The position numbers and the translations under genes were made by a program. Of a DNA stretch of 64,000 nucleotides, positions 61,862-64,000 are shown piece by piece. The notes beneath the pieces were generated by a model. That model was not told the origin of the DNA, searched no databases, and was given only the letters and a program-made list of their open reading frames with translations. The stretch spans positions 7,955 through 71,954 of the forward strand of contig CALQIY020000001.1 of the NCBI GenBank assembly GCA_943330755.2, read 5' to 3'. The number at the start of each line of letters is the position of its first letter. The stretch's first letter is position 1. This stretch comes from Opitutus sp. GAS368. GTDB lineage: Bacteria; Verrucomicrobiota; Verrucomicrobiia; Opitutales; UBA953.

Positions 61862-64000
61862 TTAGCGGAGGAAGGCCTCGTGGAGACCACCATCGACCGT
61901 GATGATCTGTCCGGTCGTCTTGCTGAGGCGGTTGGTCACGAGGAGGAAATAGGCTTCGGCCTGGTCGGCGGGGGTGATGGGGTTCTTGGTCAAGGTGCGA
62001 TCGGCGTAGAAGCGCGAGAGCTTCGTCGTCAGCGAATCGGTCGCCTCATCATCGGTGTAAGGAATGTTGTACTTGGCAAGCGACGCGATCACTCGGTCGC
62101 GCGGGAACATCGCCGAACCCTGGACAACGGTCGCCGGGGCCACGCCATTGACGCGGACCAGGGGGGAGAGCTCCATGGCCAGCTCGCGGACGAGGTGGTT
62201 GGCGGCGGCCTTCGAGGTGTCGTACGCGACGGAACCCTTCTTGGCGACGGCCGCGTTGGCGCTCGTGGTGAGGACGAGGTTGCCGCGGAGGCCTTGCTCC
62301 TTCCAGGACTTGAAGGCTTCGTCGGCGACGAGGTAGCTGCCGGTAACATTGAGGGCGAAGGTGAGGGCCCACTTGTCGTCCGGAATGTGCCCCGTGGTGT
62401 CGGGCGAGACGAAGATGCCGGCCGTGACGCAGATGGAGTCGAAACCGCCGTAAGCCAGCGCGACCTGGTCCAGCATCTTCCGGATGGAAGCGCGGTCCAT
62501 GATGTCGCCGCCCAAGCCGATGGCCGGGCCGCAATTGGAGAGACCCGTACCGGCGACGCCGATGCCGACGCCGTGCTTGTCGGTGATTTCCTTGGCCGTA
62601 GCCTGAGCCGCCTCGACGTTCTTGTCGACGCAGACGATGTGGGCGCCTTCCTTGACGAGGCGATGGGCGGTTTCCTTGCCGATGCCGGAGCCGGCGCCGA
62701 CGACGACGATGACCTGACGGGCGAGTTCCTTCTCGGCCGGCATACGCTTGAGCTTCGCTTCCTCCAGGAGCCAGTACTCGATGTCGAAGGCCTCCTGCTG
62801 GGGCAGGGAGACATACTCATCGATGGCTTCGGCCCCGCGCATGACTTCGACGGCGCAGTTGTAGAATTCGGCGGTGACGCGGGATTCGGACTTATCCTTA
62901 CCCCAGGCGATCATGCCGAGGCCGGGGATGAGCACGACGGTCGGGTTCGCGTCGCGCATGGCGGGCGAGTTGGACCGCTTGCAGGCGTTGTAATAGGAGG
63001 CGTAGTCCTTGCGGTACTGTTCGAGGCCGGCGGCCAGCTTGGCCTTGAGCGCGGCGACGTCTTCGGCCTGCGGATTCCAAGCCACATAGAGCGGCTTGAT
63101 CTTCGTGCGGAGGAAGTGGTCGGGGCAGGAGGTGCCGAGTTCGGCGAGGCGCGGGGCGTCGGCCGAGTTGACGAAACGGAGGATCTTGTCGTCGTCCTGG
63201 ATGGTGCCGACGAAACGCTTCTCCTTGGAGACTTGGCCGCGGAGCCAGGGCAGGATGGCCGCGAGGGTGGCGTGACGCTTCTCGGCTTCGAGGGTCTGGT
63301 ACTTGGCGCCACCGAAGGCCTTGGCGTCGCCGCCCTTGGCCTGGTACTTGGCTTCGATGTAAGCCGCCGCCTGCTCGATCATGGCGAGGGTCAGTTCATA
63401 ACAGGCCTTGTCGTCGTCGGCCCACGAGATGAAGCCGTGCTGGCCCATCATGATGGCCTTGATGTCCGGCTGGGCGCGGGAAATGTCCTGCATCGCAAGG
63501 CCCAGTTCGAAGCCCGGGCGCATCCACTTCACGTAGGCCATCTTGCCGGCGAAGATCTGCTTGGTCAGGGCCTCGCAGTTCTTGGAAGCGGCGATCGAGA
63601 TGATCGCGTTCGGGTGCATGTGGTCGACGTGCTTGCCCGGCAAGAAGCTATGCAGCGGGGTATCGATGGATGATGCCCGCGGATTCAGGTTGAACGTGGT
63701 GTGGTTGTACATCGCCACCATGTCATCTTCCGCCTGGGACTTCAGACCCTTATCGGCGCGGGCCGCATAGACGGACTGAAGGCCGATGAGCTTGTCCTGA
63801 TAGAGGGACGAGAAATTCTCGCGGAGGCTCGTGCGCAGGTCACCGCCGGAACCTTTGACCCAGAGCACCGGGGTATCCTTGCCGGTGAGGGGATCCTTCT
63901 CGACGATCTTGGAGGAGGTGTTGCCCCCACCGGTGTTGGTGATGCGCTGGTCAGCGCCCAACTTGTTGGAGCGGTAGATCAGACGGGCCACCGGATCGAG
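61862..64000 (-). CDS. rhaEW: bifunctional rhamnulose-1-phosphate aldolase / short-chain (lactaldehyde) dehydrogenase; the N-terminus continues beyond the window end
   Basis: N-terminal class II aldolase/adducin domain (ITNTGGGNTS, HMHP) fused to an SDR (VVVGAGSGIGKETA; YDTSK catalytic Y-x3-K). The frame stays open past the GTG at 63991 (..LDPVARLIYRSN), so the true start is probably outside the window. Confidence 0.85.
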   Translation of the reverse strand, partial: LDPVARLIYRSNKLGADQRITNTGGGNTSSKIVEKDPLTGKDTPVLWVKGSGGDLRTSLRENFSSLYQDKLIGLQSVYAARADKGLKSQAEDDMVAMYNHTTFNLNPRASSIDTPLHSFLPGKHVDHMHPNAIISIAASKNCEALTKQIFAGKMAYVKWMRPGFELGLAMQDISRAQPDIKAIMMGQHGFISWADDDKACYELTLAMIEQAAAYIEAKYQAKGGDAKAFGGAKYQTLEAEKRHATLAAILPWLRGQVSKEKRFVGTIQDDDKILRFVNSADAPRLAELGTSCPDHFLRTKIKPLYVAWNPQAEDVAALKAKLAAGLEQYRKDYASYYNACKRSNSPAMRDANPTVVLIPGLGMIAWGKDKSESRVTAEFYNCAVEVMRGAEAIDEYVSLPQQEAFDIEYWLLEEAKLKRMPAEKELARQVIVVVGAGSGIGKETAHRLVKEGAHIVCVDKNVEAAQATAKEITDKHGVGIGVAGTGLSNCGPAIGLGGDIMDRASIRKMLDQVALAYGGFDSICVTAGIFVSPDTTGHIPDDKWALTFALNVTGSYLVADEAFKSWKEQGLRGNLVLTTSANAAVAKKGSVAYDTSKAAANHLVRELAMELSPLVRVNGVAPATVVQGSAMFPRDRVIASLAKYNIPYTDDEATDSLTTKLSRFYADRTLTKNPITPADQAEAYFLLVTNRLSKTTGQIITVDGGLHEAFLR

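Noticed and set aside
1-64000. Whole-window scan for CRISPR repeats, IS elements/transposases, integrases, phage genes, tRNA-flanked islands and sharp compositional breaks.
   Set aside because: None found. The only low-GC patches are short intergenic regions (3241-3345, 8938-9041, 52826-52866). Gene content is syntenic-looking core metabolism and information processing.

Overview
This is a GC-rich, very gene-dense chromosomal segment. It holds 53 protein-coding genes (2 truncated by the window edges), one ncRNA (a small SRP/4.5S RNA that the ORF track cannot show) and four intrinsic-terminator-like hairpins. I found no rRNA, tRNA, CRISPR array, transposase/integrase, prophage or recognisable defence genes. 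The content is core housekeeping, in this order: nagB (partial), valS, ffs, sucA-sucB-lpd, an SNF2/RapA-like helicase, rimO, rsmA, trpC, a mazG/DUF45-peptidase/Nudix/DUF374 operon, ribE, tatA, acylphosphatase plus an ABC-2 transporter, topoisomerase III, panD plus a class-V aminotransferase, lpxK, ppk1, a GMC oxidoreductase with its Tat-signal small subunit, ybaB-recR-methyltransferase, DUF971, PIN-PhoH ATPase, mutS, a lipoate-ligase-like gene, an RmlD-like reductase, hisC, a HAD-DUF721(DciA) fusion, a lipoprotein, panE, nadB, CNNM/TlyC, hisF, dtd, menF and metG. The last ~13 kb looks slightly more accessory: an orphan 592-aa protein, a small membrane protein, an S9/DPP-IV peptidase, a PVC-type heme-binding propeller/HEAT/cytochrome c protein, lutABC and rhaEW (partial). 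The taxonomic guess, from gene repertoire only, is the PVC superphylum, probably Verrucomicrobiota. Many long ORFs in the track are antisense artefacts of the high GC content. About a dozen real genes are shown with spurious N-terminal extensions, which I trimmed to conserved N-termini. I do not see a self-contained novel multi-gene system here; the window looks ordinary. Four leads are most worth a second look: (i) the HAD hydrolase-DciA(DUF721) gene fusion; (ii) an AT-rich intergenic island with three ATCGTAA half-sites and alternative hairpins in front of a monocistronic orphan protein; (iii) stop-to-stop abutment of all nine convergent gene pairs; (iv) the rhaEW-lutABC-PVC heme protein linkage.
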